Of a stretch of DNA of 36,434 nt, positions 19,295 through 29,534 are shown piece after piece (position 1 is the stretch's first letter; every line of letters begins with the position of its first letter). Position numbers and translations under genes: made by a program. The stretch covers positions 1 to 36,434 of the forward strand of contig JANRLX010000055.1 in assembly GCA_033762115.1 (NCBI GenBank). Direction: 5' to 3'. The notes beneath the pieces are model-generated. The model searched no databases, was not told where the DNA came from, and saw only the letters and a list, made by a program, of their open reading frames with translations. This DNA comes from Verrucomicrobiota bacterium. Lineage in GTDB: Bacteria; Verrucomicrobiota; Verrucomicrobiia; Limisphaerales; SXQI01.

Positions 19295-20250
19295 TCGAAG
19301 CTGTGATGTTTTGGAACGAACCGAACAACAAGTCGCATTGGGATTTTGAAATCGATCCGGATTGGCAGGCCTTCTCAAAAATGGTGCAACTTGCGGGTGA
19401 TGCGGTGACTTCCGAAGCCCCGGGGCTAACCAGGGTGCTCGGTGGGATGTCGCCGATTGATCCGAACTTTTTTGGGAACATGGTCCGCAAAGGGGTTTTG
19501 GAAAAGATGGATGCAGCAGCAGTCCACGGCTTTCCCCTCGATTGGAATCATTGGCAGATCAATGAGTGGCCGGAAAAATTGAGGGAAATCCAATCCATGA
19601 CTCATCTTCCTATATGGGTTTCTGAAGTGGGCATCAGCACATTTGGAGCAGAAGAAGTCCAGGAATTCGGTCTGCAACGAACGGCGGAATTGCTCATCGG
19701 CAAGACGCCGCGCGTGCATTGGTATAGCCTTTATGATTTGCCGAAAGCCTGGCCAGCCACCACCCGCCATCGGGAAGCTGAAGGATCGGCTTATTACCGC
19801 CATTTTTATATGGGGTTGATCCGGGAAGATGGCACGCCGAAGCTGGCACTCAAACATTTTCCAAAATACACACCGGAAATCGGGATCTGCCAATGGTTCC
19901 ATTTTGAAGATCATCGCCTTGATGATGCCGTACGGTGGCTCCGTAAGCTTGGCGTTAAATATATCCGGACGGGACTCAGTTGGGCGGATAGCTTTCGCCC
20001 TCACGCAGACACCTGGTTTGACCGTCAGATGAAAGCGCTCGAACCGTTCGATGTCACAGTTACTTATTGCTTCACCCCGGAACATCGCGGCATCCGCCCT
20101 CATCACACAAGCGCTCCGCAGCAGGTGGAAGAGTATGCAGAGTTTTGTGCGCGTATGACCCGCAGATATGCTCCCGGCAGGCATACCCACAAAATATTGC
20201 CATTACAAAAAATGGCGGCAGGACCTGAACTGCTGGCTGCCATTCATTGA
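19291..20250 (+). CDS. Clan GH-A-like glycoside hydrolase ('beta-xylosidase'-type), apparently circularly permuted
   Basis: AAGGAG RBS and ATGA overlap at 19291. WNEPN at residues 8-12, WVSEVG near residue 112, [12 protein letters not shown] in the C-terminal third. Confidence 0.72.
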   Translation: MIEAVMFWNEPNNKSHWDFEIDPDWQAFSKMVQLAGDAVTSEAPGLTRVLGGMSPIDPNFFGNMVRKGVLEKMDAAAVHGFPLDWNHWQINEWPEKLREIQSMTHLPIWVSEVGISTFGAEEVQEFGLQRTAELLIGKTPRVHWYSLYDLPKAWPATTRHREAEGSAYYRHFYMGLIREDGTPKLALKHFPKYTPEIGICQWFHFEDHRLDDAVRWLRKLGVKYIRTGLSWADSFRPHADTWFDRQMKALEPFDVTVTYCFTPEHRGIRPHHTSAPQQVEEYAEFCARMTRRYAPGRHTHKILPLQKMAAGPELLAAIH

Positions 20251-20269
20251 TCATTACCCAGTCACATTT

Positions 20270-21454
20270 ATGAGTACAAACAAAGTCCGTGTCGCAATCA
20301 TTGGCGTGGGGAACTGCGCTTCCTCTCTGGTGCAGGGGATTGAATTTTATAAAAATGCCAGTGAAGAGGAATTTGTGCCCGGCCTCATGCATGTGAACCT
20401 CGGCGGTTACCATATCCGGGACATCGAGTTCACTGCCGCGTTTGACGTAAACGCCACCAAGGTGGGGAAGGATTTAAGCGAAGCGATTTTCGCCGAACCC
20501 AACAATACTTATAAGTTTTCAAATGTCCCCCCGCTTGGGGTCAAAGTCTTTCGGGGAATGACGCATGACGGGATTGGCAAATACCTTGGCGAAGTCATCG
20601 AAAAAGCACCCGGCCCGACGGATGATATTGTGGGAATCCTCAAGGCCACCCGCACTGACGTTGTCGTGTCCTACTTGCCAGTCGGGTCTGAGATGGCCAC
20701 CAAATGGTATGTCGAACAAATCCTCGAGGCGGGTTGTGGGTTTATCAACTGCATTCCGGTGTTTATTGCCTCTGAAAAATATTGGCAAAAACGCTTTGAA
20801 GATCGGGGGTTACCCATCATCGGAGATGACATCAAATCACAGGTGGGCGCGACGATTACGCACCGTGTCTTGACCAACCTTTTCAAGGAGCGCGGCGTCC
20901 AACTGGATCGCACTTATCAACTGAATTTCGGGGGCAACACCGATTTTATGAACATGCTCGAACGGGAACGGCTCCAATCGAAAAAAATTTCCAAAACCCA
21001 GGCGGTGACCAGTCAAATGAACAAGCCACTTGCCGAGGAAAACACTCATGTGGGTCCCAGTGATTATGTTCCATGGCTGACCGACCGCAAGTGGTGCTAC
21101 ATCCGGATGGAAGGGACCACGTTCGGGAATGTCCCGTTGAATTGTGAACTGAAACTGGAAGTATGGGATTCACCCAATTCCGCTGGCGTGGTCATTGATG
21201 CCATTCGCTGTTGCAAGCTGGCGCTTGACCGGGGCATCGGCGGCTCATTGATTGCTCCCTCCAGCTATTTTATGAAATCTCCGCCGCAACAATTTACTGA
21301 TTATGAAGCGCGCCAGAAGCTGGAGGCATTCATTCACGGAGAAGCAAAAAAATCGAAAGGAACGCGAACGGTGGAGCCGGTGGTCGCAGTCGATCTGCCA
21401 TCCTCAATCCGATTCGACTCGTTACCTTCCGGATTGCAAAACGGCGGCAATTGA
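20270..21454 (+). CDS. ino1: myo-inositol-1(3)-phosphate synthase
   Basis: [50 protein letters not shown] and [10 protein letters not shown]. Confidence 0.95.
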   Translation: MSTNKVRVAIIGVGNCASSLVQGIEFYKNASEEEFVPGLMHVNLGGYHIRDIEFTAAFDVNATKVGKDLSEAIFAEPNNTYKFSNVPPLGVKVFRGMTHDGIGKYLGEVIEKAPGPTDDIVGILKATRTDVVVSYLPVGSEMATKWYVEQILEAGCGFINCIPVFIASEKYWQKRFEDRGLPIIGDDIKSQVGATITHRVLTNLFKERGVQLDRTYQLNFGGNTDFMNMLERERLQSKKISKTQAVTSQMNKPLAEENTHVGPSDYVPWLTDRKWCYIRMEGTTFGNVPLNCELKLEVWDSPNSAGVVIDAIRCCKLALDRGIGGSLIAPSSYFMKSPPQQFTDYEARQKLEAFIHGEAKKSKGTRTVEPVVAVDLPSSIRFDSLPSGLQNGGN

Positions 21455-22065
21455 GGATTGTTCGTTCGATGCTGGTTTATCTGCTCCGTCACGGAAACAA
21501 CGATCTCGTAGGGAAGAAGCTTGCTGGCAGGATTCCGGGAGTTTTTTTGAATGAAGAGGGCAGGGCGCAGGCGCGCTCACTCGCAGAGGAATTGGGGAAC
21601 ATCCCGTTCGCGGCGGTGATTTCCAGCCCTTTGGAACGGACATTGGAAACAGCGGCACCCCTGGCGGAAAAGCGTGCTTTGAGGATCGAAATCGCTGATG
21701 CCATTCTGGAATACGATTTTGGAACATGGAATGGCAAATCGCTGGAAGAGCTTCGCTCCGATCCCAACTGGGCCAACTTTAATACTCACCGCACTTCCGC
21801 ACGTCCTGTTGGAGGTGAGCACATGCTTGAAGTCCAAACTCGTGCAGTGACTTTTCTGGAACATCGCAAGCAAAAGCATCGGGACAGTTCAATTGCCTTG
21901 GTCACTCATGCGGATGTCATCCGGGCAGTCCTTTGCTTTTATCTGGGAATGCCGCTGGATCTTTTCAATCGCATTGAAATTTCTCCCGGCAGTTACACCA
22001 TGCTCGAACTTTCAGAGTGGTCTCCTCGTGTGCTTGGAATGAATTGCATTCCCAAACCGCTTTAA
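21451..22065 (+). CDS. Histidine phosphatase (phosphoglycerate mutase family)
   Basis: [25 protein letters not shown] and VTHADVI. Start is TTG at 21451 (overlapping the ino1 stop) or ATG at 21469. Confidence 0.9.
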   Translation: MRIVRSMLVYLLRHGNNDLVGKKLAGRIPGVFLNEEGRAQARSLAEELGNIPFAAVISSPLERTLETAAPLAEKRALRIEIADAILEYDFGTWNGKSLEELRSDPNWANFNTHRTSARPVGGEHMLEVQTRAVTFLEHRKQKHRDSSIALVTHADVIRAVLCFYLGMPLDLFNRIEISPGSYTMLELSEWSPRVLGMNCIPKPL

Positions 22066-22194
22066 CCAAGGCAAAGCCGTTTTTCTGGCATCATCTCCTG
22101 CGGGGCTGATTCTGATTGAAATGCGCTTGTAGCCGTTCCTGCCCGGTTTTACCTTTGAACCCTTTGTTGGGAATTTGATTGTCGGTATTCACCT

Positions 22195-23298
22195 ATGTTG
22201 AAAGCTGGAATTGTCGGTTTGCCGAACGTGGGAAAATCCACGTTGTTTAATGCTGTTACCCGCACTCGAAAAGCGGAAGCTGCCAATTATCCCTTTTGTA
22301 CCATTGATCCCAATGTTGGGATTGTCACTGTGCCTGATGCCCGCCTCGAAGCGCTTTCCAAAATAGCGAAAACTTCGGTGATCATCCCTGCCGCCATTGA
22401 ATTTGTGGATATTGCCGGGCTGGTTAAAGGCGCGGCCCAGGGAGAAGGTTTGGGCAATAAATTTCTCAGCCACATTCGCGAGGTGGACGCAATCGTTCAG
22501 GTCGTCCGCTGTTTCGAGGATGAAAACATTCATCACGTCGCTGGCTCCATTGATCCCGTTCGGGACATTGAAACGATCAATACAGAATTGGTTCTGGCTG
22601 ACCTTGACGCCGTTCAGAAACGGATCGAACGCCTGGCCAAGGACGCCAAGCGTGGAGACAAGGAAGCCCTCGCTGAAACGGAAGTCCTCAAAAAACTGGA
22701 ACCGCATCTGAATCTTGGCAAACCGGCCCTTACCTTCGAACTGACTCCGGAAGAAAAAGTCATTGCCCGAAATTTCTTCCTCATGACTGACAAGCCCACG
22801 ATTTTTGCCGCCAATGTCCGTGAAACCGACCTCGCCACTGCCGACTCCAATCCTCATGTAGCCAAAGTTCGTGAGTATGCCAGGGCCCATCATTCCTGCG
22901 AAACCGTTGTCATTAGTGCCCAGATTGAAAGTGACTTGATCGACCTTGCTCCGGAGGAAGCAACCCAATTTCTGGCCGAACTGGGGGTCAAGGAATCCGG
23001 GGTCGGTGCATTGATTCGCAGCACTTATCATCTTCTCGGCTTGCGAACTTATTTCACCGCAGGCGAAAAGGAAGTGCGCGCCTGGACTATTCATGCAGGA
23101 GACACAGCTCCCAAGGCTGCTGGCGTCATCCACAGCGATTTTGAGCGTGGCTTTATCAAGGCTGAAACCGTTGCCTACGAGGACCTCGTCAAGTGCGGTT
23201 CCACCGCTGCTGCCCGTGAAAAAGGCCTCTACCGGATGGAAGGAAAGGAATATGTCGTCAAGGATGGCGACGTTCTTCTCTTCAAGTTCAATGTTTAA
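22195..23298 (+). CDS. ychF: Redox-regulated ATPase YchF
   Basis: [51 protein letters not shown] and [11 protein letters not shown]. Confidence 0.98.
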   Translation: MLKAGIVGLPNVGKSTLFNAVTRTRKAEAANYPFCTIDPNVGIVTVPDARLEALSKIAKTSVIIPAAIEFVDIAGLVKGAAQGEGLGNKFLSHIREVDAIVQVVRCFEDENIHHVAGSIDPVRDIETINTELVLADLDAVQKRIERLAKDAKRGDKEALAETEVLKKLEPHLNLGKPALTFELTPEEKVIARNFFLMTDKPTIFAANVRETDLATADSNPHVAKVREYARAHHSCETVVISAQIESDLIDLAPEEATQFLAELGVKESGVGALIRSTYHLLGLRTYFTAGEKEVRAWTIHAGDTAPKAAGVIHSDFERGFIKAETVAYEDLVKCGSTAAAREKGLYRMEGKEYVVKDGDVLLFKFNV

Positions 23299-24322
23299 TC
23301 GCGGAAAATCCAGTGGCTACCGGTTAACCTTTCTGGCGGCGTTGTTGCTGCTGTTGACCATTCTGGCCGGTGGATATTATTTCCAGCGAAAATACGCTGG
23401 CCCTCACACTCGGGAACGGTTGGTTTACTTAAAAAAGGAGGACCGCGAACTGGCCCTGCACTGGTTTCGTCCCGCAAAACCAAACGGTTTGGGCCTGGTC
23501 TATATCATCAGCGGCGCCTGGTACTCATCCGAAGAAAATATTTTTCCGGTCATGTTCAAAAAACATATGAAAGCCGGTTACTCGGTATTTGCAGTCGTCC
23601 ACAGCGCACAACCGAAATCACAGATTCCTGAAATGATCCAGGAAGTTCACACAGCGGTCCGTTTTGTTCGAGCCAATGCCGGACGTTTCCAAATCAATCC
23701 TGACAAACTGGGCGTCACAGGCTCAAGCGCAGGCGGTCATCTGTCATTGGTCCTTGCCACCGGATTGGGAGGTTCCGAAACAAACAAACCTACGAGCAGT
23801 TCAGTCCAGGCAGTCGCCTGTTTTTATCCTCCCACTGATTTTCTGAATTACGGTGCGGAAGGGAATGAGGCTCTGGGTCTCGGTCCGTTATCCGGATTAT
23901 CCGGTGCCTTCTGGGTCGTTACTCAAACCAACCAGGTAGATCGCCAGGAGTATGGCCGTGAAATTTCACCGATTTACCACGTTCATTCCAATCTGCCGCC
24001 CATCCTGATAATTCATGGCACCAGCGATGAAGTGGTTCCGTATCAGCAGGCAGTTTCATTTGCCGAAAAGGCCCGCGCCATGGGCAACACCGTCGAATTA
24101 GTCACCAAAACAAATTTTGGTCATGGCTGGCGGGATTCATCAAACGAGATTGACCTGATCCTTGCCTGGTTTGATCGATGGCTAAAACCAGAAACAAACC
24201 GTCCGGCCAAAGGAGTTGATATGATCAAAGGGCTGAGTAATTCCTCCTCCGGGAACGTCCATACGTTTGTGCCGAAGAGGGATTCGAACCGATTTTGCAG
24301 GAATTGGCAGGGACACTTTTAA
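23291..24322 (+). CDS. Membrane-anchored alpha/beta hydrolase (esterase/lipase, BD-FAE-like)
   Basis: ATG at 23291 followed by a TM helix. ISGAW oxyanion region, GSSAGGHL nucleophile, HGTSDEVVP and GHGW triad motifs. Confidence 0.85.
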   Translation: MFNRGKSSGYRLTFLAALLLLLTILAGGYYFQRKYAGPHTRERLVYLKKEDRELALHWFRPAKPNGLGLVYIISGAWYSSEENIFPVMFKKHMKAGYSVFAVVHSAQPKSQIPEMIQEVHTAVRFVRANAGRFQINPDKLGVTGSSAGGHLSLVLATGLGGSETNKPTSSSVQAVACFYPPTDFLNYGAEGNEALGLGPLSGLSGAFWVVTQTNQVDRQEYGREISPIYHVHSNLPPILIIHGTSDEVVPYQQAVSFAEKARAMGNTVELVTKTNFGHGWRDSSNEIDLILAWFDRWLKPETNRPAKGVDMIKGLSNSSSGNVHTFVPKRDSNRFCRNWQGHF

Positions 24323-24323
24323 T

Positions 24324-26879
24324 ATGTCGAGCATTTCCGCGCGTATTCAGGTGGATGGTAAATTCTTTCGGGTTGGAAACCGGAAGATTTACCTGAAAGG
24401 AATCACGTACGGCCCTTTTGCGCCCAACGCATCGGGTGAATTCTTTCCTTCCCCGGAACGCGCTCGTGAGGACTTCGCCTTGATTCAGGAACTCGGGGCA
24501 AATCTGCTTCGCCTCTATTACGTTCCACCCCGCTGGTTTCTGGACCTCGCAGCTGAGACCGGCCTCTATCTATTGATAGACATTCCATGGAACAAACATC
24601 TCTGCTTTTTGGATTCTCCAGAAATCAGGGAGGATGCGCTCCGGATGGTTCGTGAAGCGGCGCTGCATTGCGGCAACCATTCCGCTGTTTTTGCCTTCAG
24701 CGTCGTGAATGAAATCGCTGCAGATATTGTCCGCTGGAGCGGAGCCCCTGCCGTTGGCGAATTTATTGAAGAATTGATCGAGACAGTCAAAGCCATCGCG
24801 CCCGAATGTCTTTGCACCTTCGGAAATTATCCACCTACCGAATATCTTCGCGCGCAAAATATCGATTTCTTTTGCTTCAATGTTTACCTGCACCATCAGC
24901 GGCCATTCGAAAATTATCTCGGCCGGTTGCAGATGATTGCGGATTCCAAACCGCTCATGCTGGGCGAATTTGGCATTGACTGCATCCGGGAGGGAGAGGA
25001 TTGCCAGCGCGATATTCTTTCATGGCAAATTGAGTCATCCTTCAGAAACGGCCTGGCCGGAACCATCATCTACTCATTCACGGACGACTGGTATCGGGAT
25101 GGCCGACAAATCACCGATTGGGCCTTTGGCCTGACAACGACTGATCGGCAACGCAAACCCGCATTCCAGAAGGTGCAGCAATTGTTCAATGAAGCACCTT
25201 ATTTCCCGCTTTCCCCCACACCCAAAGTCAGCGTGGTTGTCGCCAGTTATAATGGGGAAAGAACACTCCATGCCTGCTTACGCTCGCTTGAACGACTCAA
25301 TTATCCTGATTATGAGGTGATCCTGGTCGACGACGGTTCGACCGACCACACCATTGATATCGCTGCGCGCTACCCATGGGCGCGCTACATCCGGCATGAA
25401 AAAAATCGAGGCCTCTCTGCTGCCAGGAACTCAGGGATCGCTGCTGCGACGGGGGAGATCGTTGCTTTTACGGACTCCGATTGCCGGGCCGATGAGGATT
25501 GGTTGTACTATCTCGTGCAGGATTTGATTGCGAGCAGGTTTGCAGGAATTGGCGGCCACAATCTCCTTCCGCCGGAAGATTCCTGGATCGCCGCCTCGGT
25601 CATGGTTTCGCCCGGAGGCCCCGCGCACGTCATGCTGACTGATCGTCTCGCTGAGCATATTCCCGGTTGCAACATGGCATTTTACAAATGGGCCCTCGAC
25701 GAAATCGGCGGCTTCGACCCTTTATTTCGCAAGGCTGGAGATGATGTTGATGTCTGCTGGCGCTTGCAACAGCAGGGATACAAAATTGGCTTCAGCCCCG
25801 CCGGTTTTGTCTGGCATTACCGTCGCTCCACCGTCCGCGATTACTTAAAGCAGCAGGGCGGTTACGGGGAAGCTGAGGCCTTACTGGTCCATCGCCATCC
25901 AGAATATTTCAACTGGTTCGGTGGAAGCGAGTGGCAGGGACGAATCTATTCACCTGCCAAGTTTGGCGTCCTGACACGAGGGTCGCGCATTTATCATGGC
26001 TGGTTCGGGACCGCTTTTTTTCAAACGCTCTACACGCCGCCACCGAGCTTTGCGCTCATGCTCCTGACCAGTTTTGAGTATCACATCCTGATCACGCTTC
26101 CATTACTGGTGCTGTCATCGGTGGTTCGGCCATTGTTTCCTACTGCTATTGGCAGTCTGTTGGTTTCACTGGGAGTTTGTGCCGCGGCAGCGTGGCAGGC
26201 CGATATTCCGCGAAATAAAAAAACGTTCTGGTCTCGACCCCTGGTAGCTCTCCTCTTTTTTCTTCAACCTATAGTGCGTGGCTGGGCGCGTTACCGGGGC
26301 AGTTTACAGGTGCCAAAATCCAAACTCTCTTCACGAGAGAACCTTGCCAGCGCCACCCGTTATTCGTCCGACCAATCATTTAATGAAGTCGAATTTTGGA
26401 ATGACCGCGGGGTGGATCGTTTGGATTTTCTCTCCATGGTGGTCGAACGTCTCGATCACCGCGGCTGGCAAAATAAAGTGGACACTGGTTGGAACCGATT
26501 CGACGTGGAAGTTTATGGCAGTGCCTGGACCCATGTCCAACTCACCACCGTATCTGAAGCATTGGGACAGGGGAAACAATTGCTTCGATGTCGATTAAAA
26601 CCAGCGTGGACGCTCTTTGCGCGTGTGACTTTTCTCGCAATTCTAGCTGCTGAATTGCTCGTGATCGGCGTGGCCGGAGAACATCTTTGGTGGCTGTCAC
26701 TGATGCTCCTAAGCCTGCCGCTGATGATTTTGTTCATGGCCCGCGAACAACGGGATTTGCAGCGAATCGTGACCGTTTTCCTGGATGAAGTCGCCGCGGA
26801 GATGAAGCTTAAACGGGTCGAGCCGGAACCGGTTTCGTCGGCAGCTTTGGAAATCCCGGTTCAAAATGCCGCACGGTAA
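24324..26879 (+). CDS. GH2/GH-A-like TIM barrel fused to GT2 glycosyltransferase and membrane domain
   Basis: N-terminal GANLLRLY, VVNEI and LGEFG. GT2 motifs VDDGSTD, ARNSG, FTDSDC, GCNMAF and GDDVD. C-terminal TM segments. Confidence 0.85.
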   Translation: MSSISARIQVDGKFFRVGNRKIYLKGITYGPFAPNASGEFFPSPERAREDFALIQELGANLLRLYYVPPRWFLDLAAETGLYLLIDIPWNKHLCFLDSPEIREDALRMVREAALHCGNHSAVFAFSVVNEIAADIVRWSGAPAVGEFIEELIETVKAIAPECLCTFGNYPPTEYLRAQNIDFFCFNVYLHHQRPFENYLGRLQMIADSKPLMLGEFGIDCIREGEDCQRDILSWQIESSFRNGLAGTIIYSFTDDWYRDGRQITDWAFGLTTTDRQRKPAFQKVQQLFNEAPYFPLSPTPKVSVVVASYNGERTLHACLRSLERLNYPDYEVILVDDGSTDHTIDIAARYPWARYIRHEKNRGLSAARNSGIAAATGEIVAFTDSDCRADEDWLYYLVQDLIASRFAGIGGHNLLPPEDSWIAASVMVSPGGPAHVMLTDRLAEHIPGCNMAFYKWALDEIGGFDPLFRKAGDDVDVCWRLQQQGYKIGFSPAGFVWHYRRSTVRDYLKQQGGYGEAEALLVHRHPEYFNWFGGSEWQGRIYSPAKFGVLTRGSRIYHGWFGTAFFQTLYTPPPSFALMLLTSFEYHILITLPLLVLSSVVRPLFPTAIGSLLVSLGVCAAAAWQADIPRNKKTFWSRPLVALLFFLQPIVRGWARYRGSLQVPKSKLSSRENLASATRYSSDQSFNEVEFWNDRGVDRLDFLSMVVERLDHRGWQNKVDTGWNRFDVEVYGSAWTHVQLTTVSEALGQGKQLLRCRLKPAWTLFARVTFLAILAAELLVIGVAGEHLWWLSLMLLSLPLMILFMAREQRDLQRIVTVFLDEVAAEMKLKRVEPEPVSSAALEIPVQNAAR

Positions 26880-28060
26880 ATTTCGACAAAATCGGTCGCT
26901 GAAATCCTGCGGGGATTAAAATGGGCTGTCCACTGTCTTGCCGCTTCTTCGGCCATTGTCTGAATCAGGTCCTCCCGCACGCCGCAATCCCGTAATCGCA
27001 AAGGCATCTCCGCCTGGATCAGCAATTTTTCCAATCGTTCAATCAGTGCAGAAACTGCTTGTTCCGCCCCTTCGCTGAGACAGGCAATTTCGGGAGCGGA
27101 GGCCAGTTCCGCGTAGGCAATCGCTGAGGCCTGGTCCAGTGAATTGAAGCGGATAATATGTGGCAACATCATTCCCACAGCCTGGCCATGCACGATTCCA
27201 AAGTGTGCGGTCAAAGGGTTCGCTGCCGAATGGGCCGCTCCCAGCATGCTGTTTTCTATTGCCGTTCCAGCAAGGGCTGCCCCGAGCAGCATCCGGCCAC
27301 GCGCTTCCACATTTGTCGGTTCCGCGAGCACGCGTGGAAAATCGTCATGGCATAGCTTGAACGCCTGCAACGAATACATCAGCGACAATGCATTTCGTCT
27401 GCGTGTTACTGCGCTTTCCACCGCATGGGCAATCGCATCGATCCCGGTGCATGCGGTCACCCGTTTTGGCTGGGAAAGCGTCAGTTCCGGATCAAGCAGC
27501 GCCACTTTTGCGGCCGCTTTTGAATCACCGCAGGCCATTTTGGCATGGGTTTTCTCGTCCGCGATCAAGGCAAATGACTGGCATTCGCTGCCAGTCCCGG
27601 CAGTAGTGGGCACAGCGATCAAAGGCAGCATCGGTCGGGTCGCTTTGCCGATCCCCCAGTAATCCTGCATTTTTCCGCCATTCGTATAAATGAAGTTGCA
27701 ACCTTTTGCCGTATCCATCGAACTGCCGCCCCCCAAACCAAGAATGCAATCCACTTTCGCATTGCGGGCTGCGGCTGTGCATTCTTCAACGTGGCGGGTG
27801 GTGGGGTTTTCCTCAACGCGATCGAAACGGGAAACTTTTAACCCGGCTTTCAAGAGGCATTCATGCACCCGCTCCGCATGCCCTGCGGCCACAATCCCTG
27901 AATCGGTGACAAGCAGCGCATGGGTTCCCTGCAATTCGCGGGCCAGTTCACCAACCCGGTCCACGCTGCCTGTTCCGAAGATCAGCCGGGTCCTTGCCTG
28001 GTAATCAAAAGGCGCGGATATGCTCCCTGGCATTGCGGGTAGGTTCGGATCATGGCTCAT
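26861..28060 (-). CDS. Iron-containing alcohol dehydrogenase
   Basis: GLGGGSSMDTAK, PTTAGTGSE, DAIAHAVES, AHSAAN and HG metal ligands. Confidence 0.93.
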   Translation of the reverse strand: MSHDPNLPAMPGSISAPFDYQARTRLIFGTGSVDRVGELARELQGTHALLVTDSGIVAAGHAERVHECLLKAGLKVSRFDRVEENPTTRHVEECTAAARNAKVDCILGLGGGSSMDTAKGCNFIYTNGGKMQDYWGIGKATRPMLPLIAVPTTAGTGSECQSFALIADEKTHAKMACGDSKAAAKVALLDPELTLSQPKRVTACTGIDAIAHAVESAVTRRRNALSLMYSLQAFKLCHDDFPRVLAEPTNVEARGRMLLGAALAGTAIENSMLGAAHSAANPLTAHFGIVHGQAVGMMLPHIIRFNSLDQASAIAYAELASAPEIACLSEGAEQAVSALIERLEKLLIQAEMPLRLRDCGVREDLIQTMAEEAARQWTAHFNPRRISATDFVEIYRAAF

Positions 28061-28097
28061 GCTCAGTTCAGACGCCGCTCGGGTAAAGTCTGTTCAG

Positions 28098-29534
28098 CTA
28101 AATCGAAACTCGTTCAAATGAACGCCGTTTGTAGAGGAACTCGAACATGTTCCCTTCGTGCGGTTGGTCCCACGAGATTTTCATGGTCGAGATCGGGCCG
28201 ATGTTCAATCGTTCAATCAGATCCGATTCAAGCAGTTGATCGATAAATCGTTCATCAGCGGTAATTGAGCTGACCACCAACGATGGGCCTATTTGCTTGA
28301 GCATTTCCTTTTGGGGAACCTCGACCACACTGGCATAGGGACAAAGAAATTCCCGGTTTGCCAGGGGGTGTCCAAAGGAATTGCAGTGTACAATCGTCGG
28401 TCGCAGATAAATACCACCTTCAAATTCGGCTTTCCGCGGTCCATTACGATATTTCGCGGTTACTTCCTCAGCGCCGGGGGTTTTCAAACCCTCTTCAATT
28501 GAAGCATCAATAAAATCAGCCATTTTGGCATTGGCAAACCCGGACAACCGTGCGTTTTCATCTCTACCATTCAACGGAGCCACCGGTCCCAGAAGTTTTC
28601 CCAGCGCATCCGCAATTTCACGGCCATACTTCGGCGTCACCACTGCGGAAGCATTGATGCAGCTGCGTCCGCCATTGTCGCTGATCGAAGCCGCCATGAT
28701 TTCGATGAATTCAGGCCAACGTTCCACCTGGTCTTCCCCGATCAAAATTTTACTGTAACCCGGCCCATGAATCTGGATCGCCGGGTTATTCGCATACTGG
28801 GCTGTCGTTGCCTTGTCCCCAAAAATCAGGGCACGCCCGCATGATTTTAAAATTTCTCCCGCCCCTTCATGGTCCGTGGGATAAAATCCAAACGCTTCAG
28901 CAGGTGCTCCCGCGGCGATGAAAGCCTGGATCAGGCGATAGGGAGTCCATGGTTCTTCCCGACCCGGCTTGATTACCACCGGCATTTTCAAGGCGATTGC
29001 CGCAAGCCACAATGAATTCACCGCCGGTGAATTGCTTGGCATCACCAAACCAAGCGCCTGAGTCGTCGGGTAATAGCTGACCGGTGTCCCTCCAATCTGT
29101 CCGAATCCCTTGTCCAAAATGGTGAAATCCAAATTGCGGGTCAGGCCGTTCAGTACCTGGCGCATATGCGTCAGCGCATGGTGAATTTTCCCCATGTTTC
29201 GCTTTACCATGACATGCGGCAAACCGCTGGTCCTGGACAAGGTCTCAATATATTCCTGCGGAGTCTGGGTATGGCCTTTGTCCCCGAATGGCAAAGTTCC
29301 GTTCATGAACTGCTCTCCGGCGCGCGCACAAATATCCAGCAACTGCTCGGTGGTGAATTTTTTCAGGGAAGCACGTGATTCCCCAATTTTAGCCAGATCT
29401 TTGCGCAAGATCCCTGCATTGACCTGACTGATTGAAACCAGCGCTGAACCACTCCGGTGATCAAGCAACGGGGTCTTATCCAGGCTTTCGTAATTTTTTC
29501 CCCGGCGAATGGCGGGGATATGAGGAAGAGACAT
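28098..29534 (-). CDS. Aldehyde dehydrogenase-fold acyl-adenylate/acyl-protein reductase (GriD/EhpG/LuxC-like)
   Basis: ATG at 29534 overlaps the upstream TGA (TGATG). PSNSP, KPGREEP, HGPGYSK in place of ELGGK, catalytic Cys in GRSCINAS, and EFLCP. Confidence 0.78.
   Translation of the reverse strand: MSLPHIPAIRRGKNYESLDKTPLLDHRSGSALVSISQVNAGILRKDLAKIGESRASLKKFTTEQLLDICARAGEQFMNGTLPFGDKGHTQTPQEYIETLSRTSGLPHVMVKRNMGKIHHALTHMRQVLNGLTRNLDFTILDKGFGQIGGTPVSYYPTTQALGLVMPSNSPAVNSLWLAAIALKMPVVIKPGREEPWTPYRLIQAFIAAGAPAEAFGFYPTDHEGAGEILKSCGRALIFGDKATTAQYANNPAIQIHGPGYSKILIGEDQVERWPEFIEIMAASISDNGGRSCINASAVVTPKYGREIADALGKLLGPVAPLNGRDENARLSGFANAKMADFIDASIEEGLKTPGAEEVTAKYRNGPRKAEFEGGIYLRPTIVHCNSFGHPLANREFLCPYASVVEVPQKEMLKQIGPSLVVSSITADERFIDQLLESDLIERLNIGPISTMKISWDQPHEGNMFEFLYKRRSFERVSI

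Noticed and set aside
19426..20190. 254-aa minus-strand ORF
   Set aside because: Lies wholly opposite the GH gene within a coupled plus-strand operon and has no motifs.
9628..22065. Ordinary O-antigen/EPS locus
   Set aside because: No wzx/wzy/wzz, ABC exporter or priming glycosyltransferase, and the composition is not obviously AT-shifted.
22189..23133. 314-aa minus-strand ORF
   Set aside because: Antisense shadow of the highly conserved ychF, with no recognisable motifs.
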